Source of the DNA: Pseudomonadota bacterium
Lineage (GTDB): Bacteria; Pseudomonadota; Gammaproteobacteria; Burkholderiales; REEB80
Length of the DNA stretch: 64,000 nt
NCBI GenBank assembly: GCA_028873515.1
Contig: JAGWIG010000009.1
Coordinates: forward strand, 610 to 64,609
Reading direction: 5' to 3'
Below are positions 25,378-36,255 of the stretch, one piece after another (position 1 is the first letter of the stretch; the number at the start of each line of letters is the position of its first letter). A model generated the notes under the pieces. It made no database searches. It was not told the origin of the DNA and saw nothing but the letters and a program-made list of their open reading frames with translations. Position numbers and translations under genes: made by a program.

Positions 25378-26974
25378 AACTTATGCTTTTGGATATTTCA
25401 GGTAGAGAATGAAGAATGGTAGGAAGGGCTATTTCAAGTTGATGAGGGTAATCCCGACTATAATGCAGTCCTCGGCTTTCCTTTCTTGCAAGTGCTGAGC
25501 GAACAATCAAATCTGCTGTGACTACCAAATTACGTAATTCCAGTAAATCATGACTAACTCTATAGTTGCTGTAGAATTCATCAATTTCTTCACGTAAAAG
25601 CTCAATCCGGTGCATTGCCCGGGTAAGACGTTTTGTAGTGCGAACAATTCCGACGTAATCCCACATGAAACGTCGAAGTTCTTCCCAATTATGGGCAATT
25701 ACAATTTCCTCGTCTGCATCAGTGACGCGGCTTTCATCCCATGGAGGAAGAACAGGTCGGGCCGGTTTAGATGATCCAAGAATATCTTGTACTGCCGAGA
25801 AAGAAAAAACTATGCATTCAAGCAAGGAATTTGATGCTAGGCGGTTCGCACCATGCAAGCCTGTGCAGGCGACTTCACCTACGGCATAGAGGTTTGGAAT
25901 GCTGGTGCAGGCCTTTTCATCGGTTAAAAGCCCTCCGCATAGATAATGAGCAGCAGGTACTACTGGGATTGGAACATTAGTAATATCGATGCCAAAGGTA
26001 AGGCAGCGTGCATAAATAGTTGGAAAGTGAGCTTTAATAAATTCCTCACCTTTATGTGTAATGTCTAGATAGACACAATCAAGCCCTCGCTTCTTCATTT
26101 CAAAGTCAATAGCCCTGGCAACAATATCGCGAGGCGCAAGCTCTCCACGCTCATCATGCCAAGGCATGAAGCGCTCACCATCTGGCAACCTGAGAATACC
26201 TCCTTCTCCACGCACAGATTCTGAAATCAAAAAGGATTTGGCATGAGGATGATAAAGGCAAGTTGGATGAAACTGGATAAATTCCATGTTTGCAACATCA
26301 CAGCCAGCTCGCCAACCCATGGCAATTCCATCACCAGTTGATACGTCAGGATTGGTTGTGTAAAGATAAACTTTTCCAGCACCTCCTGTAGCAAGGATGG
26401 TGTAATCCGATTGAAAAGTGATGACCTTACCTGATCTGCTGTTAAAAATATAAGCTCCAAAGCAACGATTTTCTGGCAGGCCAAGCTTGTTTCCTGTAAT
26501 AAGATCAATAGCGATATGATGCTCAAAAATACTGATATTAGGGTGAGCAATAACCTTTTTAGCCAATGCATGCTGTACCGCTCCCCCCGTCGCATCAGCT
26601 GAATGAACAATTCTCCTTTGGCTATGCCCTCCTTCCCTCGTGAGATGTAGATGCTTGGAAACATCAGTTTCTCTATCAAACTCAACACCATTATTTATTA
26701 GCCAGTTTATGGCTTTTGGTGCAGCAGTTGCTACAAGACGGGAAATTTGAGGGTCACTCAGTCCGGCACCTGCAATGAGCGTATCATTTATATGTGATTC
26801 AATGCTGTCGTTTTCTCCAACTGCAGCTGCGATGCCACCCTGGGCCCAATTACTTGACCCATCCAGTAGCAGTCTTTTGGTTATCAACGCGACTTTTTTA
26901 TGATCGGCAAGATTAAGGGCACTTGTCAGACCTGCAAGCCCGCTACCAATTATGACAACATCAAAACGAAGCAC
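25370..26974 (-). CDS. nadB: L-aspartate oxidase
   Basis: IGSGLAG, WAQGGIAA, REGGHS.RRI.H, QFHPT, GLHGANRLASNSLLE. Confidence 0.98.
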   Translation of the reverse strand: MLRFDVVIIGSGLAGLTSALNLADHKKVALITKRLLLDGSSNWAQGGIAAAVGENDSIESHINDTLIAGAGLSDPQISRLVATAAPKAINWLINNGVEFDRETDVSKHLHLTREGGHSQRRIVHSADATGGAVQHALAKKVIAHPNISIFEHHIAIDLITGNKLGLPENRCFGAYIFNSRSGKVITFQSDYTILATGGAGKVYLYTTNPDVSTGDGIAMGWRAGCDVANMEFIQFHPTCLYHPHAKSFLISESVRGEGGILRLPDGERFMPWHDERGELAPRDIVARAIDFEMKKRGLDCVYLDITHKGEEFIKAHFPTIYARCLTFGIDITNVPIPVVPAAHYLCGGLLTDEKACTSIPNLYAVGEVACTGLHGANRLASNSLLECIVFSFSAVQDILGSSKPARPVLPPWDESRVTDADEEIVIAHNWEELRRFMWDYVGIVRTTKRLTRAMHRIELLREEIDEFYSNYRVSHDLLELRNLVVTADLIVRSALARKESRGLHYSRDYPHQLEIALPTILHSLPEISKSISFV

Positions 26975-27732
26975 TGTTTCATCCTGATAAAAATAACGTT
27001 GTAGTTTAACATGTCTTCGAGTATGCCTGCATCCGGCTAACTAGCTATAAGCATAAAGTAATAGGTATACTTATCCCGTGATTGATGGCTGTTTTATCCC
27101 TGTTTAAATTAAAATGGAAACGAGCTCTCCCTTTTTTACAATTTCATCTGATATGATTATGTTAAAAATACTTTATTGCAAGGTATCGGGATTTAAAACC
27201 TCTTTGCATCCATGGGTGCTCAATTTTATCAGCTAACTTACCTCTGAGTTTTACACTTTCCAATATTCAGGCGACCATGTTTTTATTGAATGCATGATGA
27301 AGGTATTTGGTGGATGCCAATAATAGAAATATTGCACCTAGTCGGGCCGAATCGATTATCTTGTCTGTTATCAGGAGCAGATCTGTGAAATATTGCTTTT
27401 TCTGGGGAACATCTGGTTGATCTGCTTCCTCGAGGAACCAGCTATCAGGATATATATGCAAGTATGCGCCTGCGCTCCCGCGGGCTTTAAGTTTATGCTA
27501 CCGGCTTAATGAACGCCATTATCAAATTATATAGGAGGCAGTCATGAGTTCATGCATGAGAGACTGAAGGAAAGAACAGGATTGAACATGGATCTGTCTA
27601 ACTGCTTGCAACCTGTCATGATGAAGCCAAAACTTGCAATATTTCTATCTATATGCAGGAATGCTAGAAAAAAACTCGAAAACAGGTTCGTTACCTTAAA
27701 ATAATAAATATGTTCACTCCGGGATTCGATAA

Positions 27733-28974
27733 ATGTCTGCAACAGCACATCGCGGTTCACGTATGTTAACAGTCGATAAATTATTTTTTCGTATGGAAAG
27801 AGAAGGAGCCCTCAAATCAGAAGCAACTGGAAATGGGCGAAGCTTACCCGTATTCTCGCACTCATTTTGGACGCCAAAACAACGACAGGCCTCCAGCCTG
27901 CAGGAAATTTCATATCGAGCCTGCTTCAAACCCCAGTTGCCGGCATTTTTTATCGATGCATTAAGTGAAGCTGGAGACAGGGTTTATGACCCCTTTTCAG
28001 GTCGTGGTACAACTCCTATTGAAGCAGCATTAAAAAATCGACGTATTGCTGCCAACGACATTAATCCGTTATCCCCGATTCTTTATTCGCCTCGACTAAA
28101 TCCGCCTTCATTTGATGAAATAAAAAAAAGGCTTGATGGTTTGACCTGGACTCATGAATTGAAACCTGATTTTGATCTTTCAATGTTTTATCATGAACAG
28201 ACATTGCTTGAATTGCTTAATTTGCGCGCCTATCTTTCAGAAAGGCGTCTTGCAGGAGTTGAAGACAGTCTGGATACCTGGATACGCATGGTAGCAACCA
28301 ACCGCTTGTCTGGTCATTCCCCCGGATTTTTTTCAGTGTATACGCTACCGCCTAATCAAGCTGTTCTTCCTGAAAGGCAACGCAAAATCAATCTTGCCCG
28401 CAACCAGATGCCCACATATCGCCCAGTTGCCGAATTGATATTGAAAAAATCACGACAGCTTTTGCGTGATGTAGACAATAATATCAGGCAGGTTCTTAAT
28501 ATCAGAAACAAAGATGCTATTATTCTTTCTAATGATGCTCGAAACACTCCTGAAATTGCTAATGAATCGATCAAACTGACCATTACTTCCCCACCATTTC
28601 TGGATATAGTTCATTATGGAAATGATAACTGGTTACGTCTATGGTTTAATGAATTGGATGAAGAAGCAATTTTATCCAGAATGACTCTGTCCCGTTCACT
28701 TGACAACTGGTCATCGATAATGGCAGAAGTTTTTCACGAATTATTTCGAATCACATGCTTTGGTGGTTTTGTTGCTTTTGAAGTTGGTGAAGTGCGGTGT
28801 GGAAGTGTTCGTTTGGAAGACAACCTTTTGCCCAGCGCACACAAAGCTGGATTTATACCGCGCGCACTATTAATCAATGTTCAACATTTTACCAAGACTG
28901 CCAATATCTGGGGCATAGGCAACAATCAGGATGGTACTCTCACAAACCGTATTATTCTTCTAGAAAAAAACTAG
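27733..28974 (+). CDS. orphan amino-DNA methyltransferase (N4-C/N6-A type; motif I precedes motif IV)
   Basis: YDPFSGRGTT (SAM-binding) near the N-terminus and ITSPPF (SPPY-like catalytic motif) later; start may be 27763. Confidence 0.85.
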   Translation: MSATAHRGSRMLTVDKLFFRMEREGALKSEATGNGRSLPVFSHSFWTPKQRQASSLQEISYRACFKPQLPAFFIDALSEAGDRVYDPFSGRGTTPIEAALKNRRIAANDINPLSPILYSPRLNPPSFDEIKKRLDGLTWTHELKPDFDLSMFYHEQTLLELLNLRAYLSERRLAGVEDSLDTWIRMVATNRLSGHSPGFFSVYTLPPNQAVLPERQRKINLARNQMPTYRPVAELILKKSRQLLRDVDNNIRQVLNIRNKDAIILSNDARNTPEIANESIKLTITSPPFLDIVHYGNDNWLRLWFNELDEEAILSRMTLSRSLDNWSSIMAEVFHELFRITCFGGFVAFEVGEVRCGSVRLEDNLLPSAHKAGFIPRALLINVQHFTKTANIWGIGNNQDGTLTNRIILLEKN

Positions 28975-29111
28975 AGAATTTATTTTATAGCTTGAAATAA
29001 AAAAACCAATAAAATAAATACGTATTTTTGTAATAAGGATTGTGATAATCAATTCAGCATGAACATGGCAGATGCCGCGATCAGAACATCAAGCGATATT
29101 TGCTCCGGAAT

Positions 29112-29138
29112 GAACTATTTCACGCATTGGCTGTCGAA
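29112..29138 (+). promoter_or_regulatory. sigma-E-type promoter upstream of rpoE
   Basis: GAACTA-N16-TCGAA resembles the sigma-E consensus GAACTT-N16-TCnAA. Confidence 0.6.
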
Positions 29139-29215
29139 AGGCTAATTGACCCTGCATTGCCCCTAATCGATATAGGGTATACTGGACATTAATTCGATCA
29201 GGAGAGGATGGGTCA

Positions 29216-29815
29216 ATGGGGCAGCGTGAAGTCGATCAGAAACTGGTCGAACGCGTCCAGCGAGGAGATAAAAGAGCTTTTGGCCTACTTGTCGAAAAAT
29301 ATCAGCACAAGTTAGGTAGGCTCCTATCTCGTTTTGTACCGGATTCCTCGGACATAGAGGATGTCACGCAAGAAACTTTTATTCGGGCATATAGGGCTCT
29401 ACCAGCATTTCGTAATGAAAGTGCTTTCTACACATGGCTTTATCGGATTGGCATTAATACAGCTAAAAACTACCTCGTCGCTCGAAATCGTCGCCCACCG
29501 ACCGTGACAGAGTTTGATGCTGAAGAAGCCGAAGGATTTGAAGGTGGAGAATTGCTTAGAAACTATTCGACACCTGAGACGGAGTTGATGAGTAAACAGA
29601 TAGTTCAGACTGTCAATGCTGCGATGGACAAGTTACCAGAAGATTTGCGGACAGCTATTACGCTTCGTGAAATCGAAGGAATGACTTATGAAGATATTGC
29701 TAACATGATGGGTTGTCCTGTTGGAACAGTTCGCTCAAGGATTTACCGGGCACGTGAAGTAATTGCTGATGAATTGAAACCGGTACTTAATACTCACGAC
29801 AAGAAGAGATGGTAG
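29216..29815 (+). CDS. rpoE: ECF sigma factor RpoE
   Basis: DQ.LVERVQRGDKRAF, SAFYTWLYRIGINTAKNYL, CPVGTVRSRI.RAR. Confidence 0.98.
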   Translation: MGQREVDQKLVERVQRGDKRAFGLLVEKYQHKLGRLLSRFVPDSSDIEDVTQETFIRAYRALPAFRNESAFYTWLYRIGINTAKNYLVARNRRPPTVTEFDAEEAEGFEGGELLRNYSTPETELMSKQIVQTVNAAMDKLPEDLRTAITLREIEGMTYEDIANMMGCPVGTVRSRIYRAREVIADELKPVLNTHDKKRW

Positions 29816-29904
29816 CCTAAAATGGATTTTTTATGTTTTGTTTGTAAGTGCAATATGATTTTGACGTAAATGCTGGATATAAGCGGCAATTCGGAGTTTA
29901 TGAA

Positions 29905-30393
29905 ATGAAAGAGCAGATCTCCATGCTGGTGGACGGTGAAATTTCATCAAGAGATGCAATGCAACTTATCAGTCAGTTATGCATAGATGAAGAATTAGGC
30001 AGGAAATGGGAACTATATCACCTTATTGGTGATAGTCTTCGTCAACACCTGTCCTATCCCTGCAATTTAAGCAAGAAAATTGAAAAGCAGTTAATGCTGG
30101 AACCTGCTATCGTTGCACCGCGGAAATTGCGTTTGCGTCAGCCGCTTCTTTATCTTTCCGCAGCCGCTTCAGTTGCAATCTTTGTCGCAGGAACCTGGGT
30201 AGTTCTTGGAGGCTCTCCATCACCTGGACAAACCAGGCTATCATCAGAAGCTTTGCCATCTGCAGCAGCCAACCCGAAAGCTGATATTAGTCCCTATCTT
30301 TTAGCTCATGAGGAATTTACACCTGCCTCGGAAATACAGGGTGCTGAGACATATATACGCTCTGTTTCCTTTCAGGCGGGTGCGTCACAATGA
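29905..30393 (+). CDS. rseA: anti-sigma-E factor RseA
   Basis: EQIS.LVDGE, W..YHLIGD.LR, TM segment, YL.AH. Confidence 0.93.
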   Translation: MKEQISMLVDGEISSRDAMQLISQLCIDEELGRKWELYHLIGDSLRQHLSYPCNLSKKIEKQLMLEPAIVAPRKLRLRQPLLYLSAAASVAIFVAGTWVVLGGSPSPGQTRLSSEALPSAAANPKADISPYLLAHEEFTPASEIQGAETYIRSVSFQAGASQ

Positions 30394-31376
30394 AACTGGT
30401 TTTTGGTTCTGTCCTTTTTTTGTTTCTTGCACCTGCATTTGCTTTTGGTGCAAACACTGTGGTCCAACCTAAAGATGGGCTAGGCTGGTTGGAAAAGAGT
30501 GCACTTGCTGCGCATAACCTTAATTATCAGGGCATATTTGTCTATCAGCACGGGCATTATACTGAAACTTCACGCATTCTTCACAGAATTGGACAATCAG
30601 GGGAATTAGAACGTCTTGAATCCCTTGACCGCACTCCACGGGTTATTATCCGCACCAGCCAAAATATCCGTTATTATAATCTTGATCAACGAATTGAGAT
30701 GGTGGAGCCTTTACCATCAGATAATGCATTTCCAGCTATTTTTCCAGAGCAAATGTCTCGTCTGTCCAATTATTACAATATCGCACTTGGCCCGCTGTCA
30801 CGATATAGTGGTTTACCATGTCAGATGGTGAAGTTAACCCCAATTGATAATTTACGTTATGCAAGACATATGTGCATAGGGCTTGGCAGTGGCCTGCTGC
30901 TGCATGATAGCGTATTGAACAGTAAACATAAACCGGTTGAGAACCTGACTTTTACTGAGCTTGCCATAGGTGGTAATATCAAGAAGTCAGACATTTTCGA
31001 AGGACTGGGCGGTACCTGGCAAATCAAAAAATCATCCCTTAATGAAAACATGAAAGGTAGCGTGGATTTCAAGCTGGAACCACTTCCCGCCGGTTTTCAT
31101 AAAGTAGCTGAGATGATGCGGGATATGCCGGGTCGTTCGCAACCTGTCGAACACCTGATTTATACAGATGGTTTGACTGCTGTTTCTCTTTTCATAGAAC
31201 CTTCTGGTGCAAACCCTGTTTTCAGGATTGGTTTGTCATGTGCAGGTGTAATTCATGTTTATACCCGTATCGAAAATGGCTATACCATTACTGCGCTTGG
31301 GGAAGTACCTGCTGTTACGGTGAAAAAATTTGCCAGGGCAGTGACCTTGAACTCACCTGAAGGAAATTTACACTAG
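30390..31376 (+). CDS. rseB: RseB/MucB negative regulator
   Basis: LNYQGIFVYQ, ERLESLD, YTDGL..VSLFIE, GEVP. Confidence 0.93.
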   Translation: MKLVFGSVLFLFLAPAFAFGANTVVQPKDGLGWLEKSALAAHNLNYQGIFVYQHGHYTETSRILHRIGQSGELERLESLDRTPRVIIRTSQNIRYYNLDQRIEMVEPLPSDNAFPAIFPEQMSRLSNYYNIALGPLSRYSGLPCQMVKLTPIDNLRYARHMCIGLGSGLLLHDSVLNSKHKPVENLTFTELAIGGNIKKSDIFEGLGGTWQIKKSSLNENMKGSVDFKLEPLPAGFHKVAEMMRDMPGRSQPVEHLIYTDGLTAVSLFIEPSGANPVFRIGLSCAGVIHVYTRIENGYTITALGEVPAVTVKKFARAVTLNSPEGNLH

Positions 31377-31542
31377 ATTGATTAAAGCAGTTCATTAATT
31401 TAACAAGTTAATTGACTGTTTTTAGAGTAGTTAAATATCTTAATCCTCAAGGATAATAAGTTCATCTTATAATTAAGTTGAACTGGGTAAAGATGGTCAG
31501 CAGTTTTTGTAAAATTTATACTTTAGGAAGGGCCTTACAACG

Positions 31543-32937
31543 ATGAGAAATGCCATGAGTCAATATGGTCGTATTTTGGCGTTCTTGATCCTGGTTTTAC
31601 CAGTGACGGTTTTTGCGAATACCTTGCCGGATTTTACTTCGATTGTGCAGAAATATGGTAATGCTGTCGTCAATATCAGCACAACCCAGACTATTCGTGA
31701 ACAGGGTATTCCTGAATTTAACTTCCCGGAAGGAGATCCTTTTGCCCAGCTGTTTAAACAACTGATACCCCCAGAGATGAATCAGCCCCACAATGTTACT
31801 GAACGCTCGCTTGGTTCAGGGTTCATTATCAGCCCAGATGGCTACATTCTTACCAATGCTCATGTTGTTGATGGGGCAGATTCGATCGTTGTTAAACTGA
31901 CTGACAGACGACAGTTCAAGGGTAAGCTTATCGGTGAAGATAAGCGTACCGATGTGGCTCTCGTTAAGATTAATGCTAAAAATTTGCCTACGGTTAAAAT
32001 CGGTAATCCTGCCACATTGAAGCCTGGCCAGTGGGTGGTTGCGATTGGCGCTCCGTTCGGGTTTGATAACAGTGTTACTGCAGGCGTAGTCAGTGCACTC
32101 GGACGTTCTTTGCCAGATGACAATTACGTTCCGTTTATTCAAACTGACGTGCCTATAAACCCGGGTAATTCAGGAGGGCCATTATTTAATTTAGATGGTG
32201 AAGTAGTGGGTATCAATTCTCAGATATATTCCAAAACAGGGGGGTACATGGGTTTAAGTTTTGCCATCCCGATTGATGTAGCCCTTAATGTTAGCCAGCA
32301 GTTGCGTCAATATGGAAAAGCAAGCCATGGCAAGCTAGGCGTAGGTATCCAGGAAGTTACACCGGAACTTGCTCAATCCTTTGGATTGGCACAATCTCGT
32401 GGGGCGCTGGTGTCCAGTGTTGATCCTCATGGCCCGGCTGCCAAAGCAGGCATTAAGGTAAGTGATATCATTCTTTCCTACAATGGTCATAATATTCGTG
32501 ATGCAACTGATTTGCCTCGGCTCGTTGGCGATACCAGACCTGGCACCAAAGTCAGCGTGGGTTTATGGCGGCATGGCCATCAGTTGAACGTTGAGGTAAC
32601 TGTTGGAGCGCTCAGTTCTGGCAATGCGCCGTCTCCAGCCGTTCAAAAAGCTGCTAAGGTTGATCGTCTCGGATTAGCAGTGCGCATCCTGACAAAAGAT
32701 GAACGGCAAAAATTAAATATTAAGCATGGGGTAGTAGTAGTTCGTGTCAAAGGTATTGCAGCCAATGTAGGGATTGAAGCAGGTGATGTAATTCTTGCAA
32801 TCAACAATACGAGTATAAGTAATGTTGAAATGTTCAATCAATTGGTTGCCAAGGCGGCTCCAGGAAAGAATATAGCCTTATTGATCATGCGCGGAAATAC
32901 CTCCATTTATGTACCTTTGGAAGTGCCAGGTCATTGA
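31543..32937 (+). CDS. degP: DegP/DegQ (MucD-like) periplasmic serine protease
   Basis: LPDF, GSGFII, TNAHVV, GNSGGPL, two PDZ domains. Confidence 0.92.
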   Translation: MRNAMSQYGRILAFLILVLPVTVFANTLPDFTSIVQKYGNAVVNISTTQTIREQGIPEFNFPEGDPFAQLFKQLIPPEMNQPHNVTERSLGSGFIISPDGYILTNAHVVDGADSIVVKLTDRRQFKGKLIGEDKRTDVALVKINAKNLPTVKIGNPATLKPGQWVVAIGAPFGFDNSVTAGVVSALGRSLPDDNYVPFIQTDVPINPGNSGGPLFNLDGEVVGINSQIYSKTGGYMGLSFAIPIDVALNVSQQLRQYGKASHGKLGVGIQEVTPELAQSFGLAQSRGALVSSVDPHGPAAKAGIKVSDIILSYNGHNIRDATDLPRLVGDTRPGTKVSVGLWRHGHQLNVEVTVGALSSGNAPSPAVQKAAKVDRLGLAVRILTKDERQKLNIKHGVVVVRVKGIAANVGIEAGDVILAINNTSISNVEMFNQLVAKAAPGKNIALLIMRGNTSIYVPLEVPGH

Positions 32938-33179
32938 GCCGAAACCTGAGAATTTTAAGTCGAAAAGGTTGCCATCTGTGCGATAAGGTAATTGAACCAC
33001 TAGCACAGATGGCAGCGGCTTTAGCTACCTTTACTGTTGAAATTATAGATGTGGACACCAATGAAGGCCTCGCGCAGGAATATGGCCTGCTTATCCCGGT
33101 CGTCCTTGATGGGGATAATGAATTGTTCCGGTATGGCATGGATACTATAAAGCTGGAACAATGGCTTGAGAACTGTTAA
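32934..33179 (+). CDS. glutaredoxin-like protein (DUF836)
   Basis: SRKGCHLCD, DVD...L...YG..IPV. Confidence 0.85.
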   Translation: MSRNLRILSRKGCHLCDKVIEPLAQMAAALATFTVEIIDVDTNEGLAQEYGLLIPVVLDGDNELFRYGMDTIKLEQWLENC

Positions 33180-33277
33180 TTTAATTTGTCAATATCTCCT
33201 GTTCCTATGACTGAAGAAGCCAGAACCGGTAAAAATAAGATACAATTACCTACTTTTTCCGGACATTCCAGATTTTC

Positions 33278-35068
33278 ATGAACCGAATCCGTAATTTTTC
33301 CATTATCGCCCATATTGATCATGGCAAATCTACTCTTGCAGATCGATTCATTCAATATTGCGGTGGGCTTAGTGCTCGTGAAATGGAGGCACAGGTACTG
33401 GATTCAATGGAACTTGAGCGCGAACGTGGAATTACCATAAAAGCGCAGACTGCTGCACTTCAATATCGAGCTCGAGACGGTGAGACTTATCATCTTAACC
33501 TAATTGATACTCCAGGGCATGTTGATTTTTCTTACGAAGTTTCGCGTTCTCTTGCAGCTTGTGAGGGGGCATTACTTGTTGTGGATGTTTCCCAGGGTGT
33601 AGAGGCACAAACAGTCGCGAATTGCTATACCGCAATCGAACAGGGCATTGAAGTCATACCGGTACTAAACAAAATTGATTTACCTGCTGCAGATCCGGAA
33701 AGAGTTATTGAAGAAATCGAGGATGTAATAGGTATAGATGCACAAAATGCAGTTCGTTGTTCAGCAAAAACTGGCGAAGGTGTTGAAGACGTGTTAGAAG
33801 CCGTTATTGCAATGATTCCGCCTCCTGCTGGGAAAACCAATGGGCCACTTAAGGCATTAATCATTGACTCCTGGTTTGATAATTATGTTGGAGTGGTCAT
33901 GCTTGTGCGTGTATTTGATGGAACAATTAAGACGCGTGATAAAATCAAGCTTATGGCAACAAGTGCTAGCTACATTTGTGAGCAGGTTGGTATATTTACA
34001 CCAAAGGCTGTCACGCGTTCTCAACTTTCTGCGGGCGAAGTCGGTTTTGTCATCGCTGGCATAAAAGAACTTAAAGCTGCGAAGGTGGGCGATACTGTAA
34101 CCCTTGTCGACAAACCCGCAACTGAGCCTTTGGCAGGGTTCAAAGAAATCAAGCCCCAGGTTTTTGCCGGATTATATCCGGTAGAATCAAACCAGTATGA
34201 TGCCTTGCGTGATGCACTCGAGAAATTGAAGCTAAATGATGCGTCGCTGATGTACGAACCCGAAACTTCACAAGCTTTAGGTTTCGGGTTTCGTTGTGGT
34301 TTTCTTGGCCTGTTGCATATGGATATCGTGCAGGAACGGTTGGAACGTGAGTACGATATGGATCTGGTAACGACAGCGCCAACCGTTGTATATCAAGTTG
34401 AACTTCATGACGGCACCATCATGGAAATCGAAAACCCTTCCAGGTTGCCTGATCTTTCTAAAATCAATGAAATCCGTGAGCCAGTAATCTTGGCCCGAAT
34501 CCTGATGCCGCAGGAATATCTTGGTCCCGTAATGACACTTTGTGAGTCCAAGCGTGGAACTCAAAAGAACCTGCAATATTTGGGTCGTCAGGTCATGCTA
34601 ACCTATGAACTTCCGCTTAATGAAGTCGTTATGGATTTTTTTGATCGCTTAAAATCGGTATCCCGAGGTTATGCATCGATGGATTATGAACTGGCTGCAT
34701 TTAAACCTGGTGATCTGGTTAAACTGGATATTCTTATTAATGGGGAAAAGGTAGATGCCTTGTCAGTGATAGTACATCGCGCCAATGCCCCATTCCGTGG
34801 ACGGGAAATTGCAGCTAAGATGCGCGTGCTGATCCCTCGACAAATGTTTGACATTGCCGTTCAAGCTGCGATTGGTTCCCATATTATTGCACGTGAAAAT
34901 ATCAAAGCGTTGCGTAAAAATGTGCTTGCCAAATGTTATGGTGGAGATATTACGCGTAAACGTAAACTTCTTGAAAAACAGAAAGCCGGCAAAAAACGGA
35001 TGAAACAGGTCGGTAATGTGGAAATTCCTCAGGAAGCCTTTCTCGCGGTTTTGCAGGTTGATAAATAA
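33278..35068 (+). CDS. lepA: translation elongation factor 4
   Basis: [41 protein letters not shown]. Confidence 0.99.
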   Translation: MNRIRNFSIIAHIDHGKSTLADRFIQYCGGLSAREMEAQVLDSMELERERGITIKAQTAALQYRARDGETYHLNLIDTPGHVDFSYEVSRSLAACEGALLVVDVSQGVEAQTVANCYTAIEQGIEVIPVLNKIDLPAADPERVIEEIEDVIGIDAQNAVRCSAKTGEGVEDVLEAVIAMIPPPAGKTNGPLKALIIDSWFDNYVGVVMLVRVFDGTIKTRDKIKLMATSASYICEQVGIFTPKAVTRSQLSAGEVGFVIAGIKELKAAKVGDTVTLVDKPATEPLAGFKEIKPQVFAGLYPVESNQYDALRDALEKLKLNDASLMYEPETSQALGFGFRCGFLGLLHMDIVQERLEREYDMDLVTTAPTVVYQVELHDGTIMEIENPSRLPDLSKINEIREPVILARILMPQEYLGPVMTLCESKRGTQKNLQYLGRQVMLTYELPLNEVVMDFFDRLKSVSRGYASMDYELAAFKPGDLVKLDILINGEKVDALSVIVHRANAPFRGREIAAKMRVLIPRQMFDIAVQAAIGSHIIARENIKALRKNVLAKCYGGDITRKRKLLEKQKAGKKRMKQVGNVEIPQEAFLAVLQVDK

Positions 35069-35082
35069 CTCTTGGAGTAGAC

Positions 35083-35886
35083 ATGGATTTTGCCCTGTTC
35101 ATGATCATTGCACTTATTGTTACTGGCGCAATCTGGCTTTTTGATTCCTTGATATTCAAGAGAAAACGTGCTCCCAGTGAACATGAGCCCATTATTGTCG
35201 AGTATTCTCGAAGTTTTTTCCCCGTTATCCTTGTGGTTTTTCTTCTGCGCTCATTTTTGGTTGAGCCGTTTAAGATACCATCTGGATCAATGATGCCCAC
35301 TTTGATACCTGGAGATTTCATCCTGGTTAACAAGTTTGATTATGGTATCCGTGTTCCTGTACTTAACTGGAAAATTTTCAATGTTCACAAACCGCAACGT
35401 GGTGATGTTGTCGTTTTTCGCTACCCTGATGATATCAATGTTGATTTTATTAAACGTCTTATTGGACTGCCTGGGGATGTAGTAAGCTATCATCATAAGA
35501 ATCTTTCCATCAATGGCGTACCTGTCACACTTGAAAAAGCTGGTGGATACAGCTATTCCACTCCAGGGTATAACTATGTCTCAACTGTGCGATATCATGA
35601 AAAGCTTGGCAATGTAACACATGACATCATTCTGAATCCGGATGAGCCAACAGTTAGGCCCGGGGATGTGGTCAATTTTCCTGACAAAAATCATTGTACC
35701 TACTCCAATGGAGGGTTTACGTGCAAGGTGCCTGCTCACGAGTACCTGATGCTCGGAGATAACCGCGATGACAGCCGGGATTCCCGTTATTGGGGGTTTG
35801 TGCCTGACAGCGACTTAATCGGTAAGGCCTTTTTGATTTGGTTTAATTTCAAGGAGCCCAGAAGAATTGGGACGATTATTCACTAA
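35083..35886 (+). CDS. lepB: signal peptidase I
   Basis: IPSGSMMPTL, FIKRLIGLPGD, GDNRD.S.DSRYWG. Confidence 0.98.
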   Translation: MDFALFMIIALIVTGAIWLFDSLIFKRKRAPSEHEPIIVEYSRSFFPVILVVFLLRSFLVEPFKIPSGSMMPTLIPGDFILVNKFDYGIRVPVLNWKIFNVHKPQRGDVVVFRYPDDINVDFIKRLIGLPGDVVSYHHKNLSINGVPVTLEKAGGYSYSTPGYNYVSTVRYHEKLGNVTHDIILNPDEPTVRPGDVVNFPDKNHCTYSNGGFTCKVPAHEYLMLGDNRDDSRDSRYWGFVPDSDLIGKAFLIWFNFKEPRRIGTIIH

Positions 35887-35895
35887 GGGGGATCA

Positions 35896-36255
35896 ATGCG
35901 GACACAGAATGGTGGGATACTGACTGTTATTTTGTGGCTATTTGTACTTGTTATTGGTGGGATTATTGCGATTCGGGTTATTCCTGCCTACATTGAGTTC
36001 TATGCAGTCAATACATCAGTCAAAAGTATTGTTAACGATCCATTGGAAGCTACTCAATCTCACGATACCATACTTCTTGATCTTAAAAAACGATTGAATA
36101 TTAACAATGTAAAACATGTCCATGATAAAGATATCCATATCACTGAAACCAATGGACATCTGTCCATAACTGTCCACTATCATGTCAAGGCACCTTTGTT
36201 CAGTCGCTTTAGTCTTGTTATGGATTTTACGGCACATGCCCCTGAAGGAGCCTAA
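35896..36255 (+). CDS. DUF4845-family protein
   Basis: Pilin-like N-terminus then P.YIE; conserved position between lepB and rnc. Confidence 0.8.
   Translation: MRTQNGGILTVILWLFVLVIGGIIAIRVIPAYIEFYAVNTSVKSIVNDPLEATQSHDTILLDLKKRLNINNVKHVHDKDIHITETNGHLSITVHYHVKAPLFSRFSLVMDFTAHAPEGA

Noticed and set aside
27267-27929. Short ORFs between nadB and the methyltransferase
   Set aside because: No recognisable motifs and inconsistent frames; cannot be supported as genes or as a named pseudogene.
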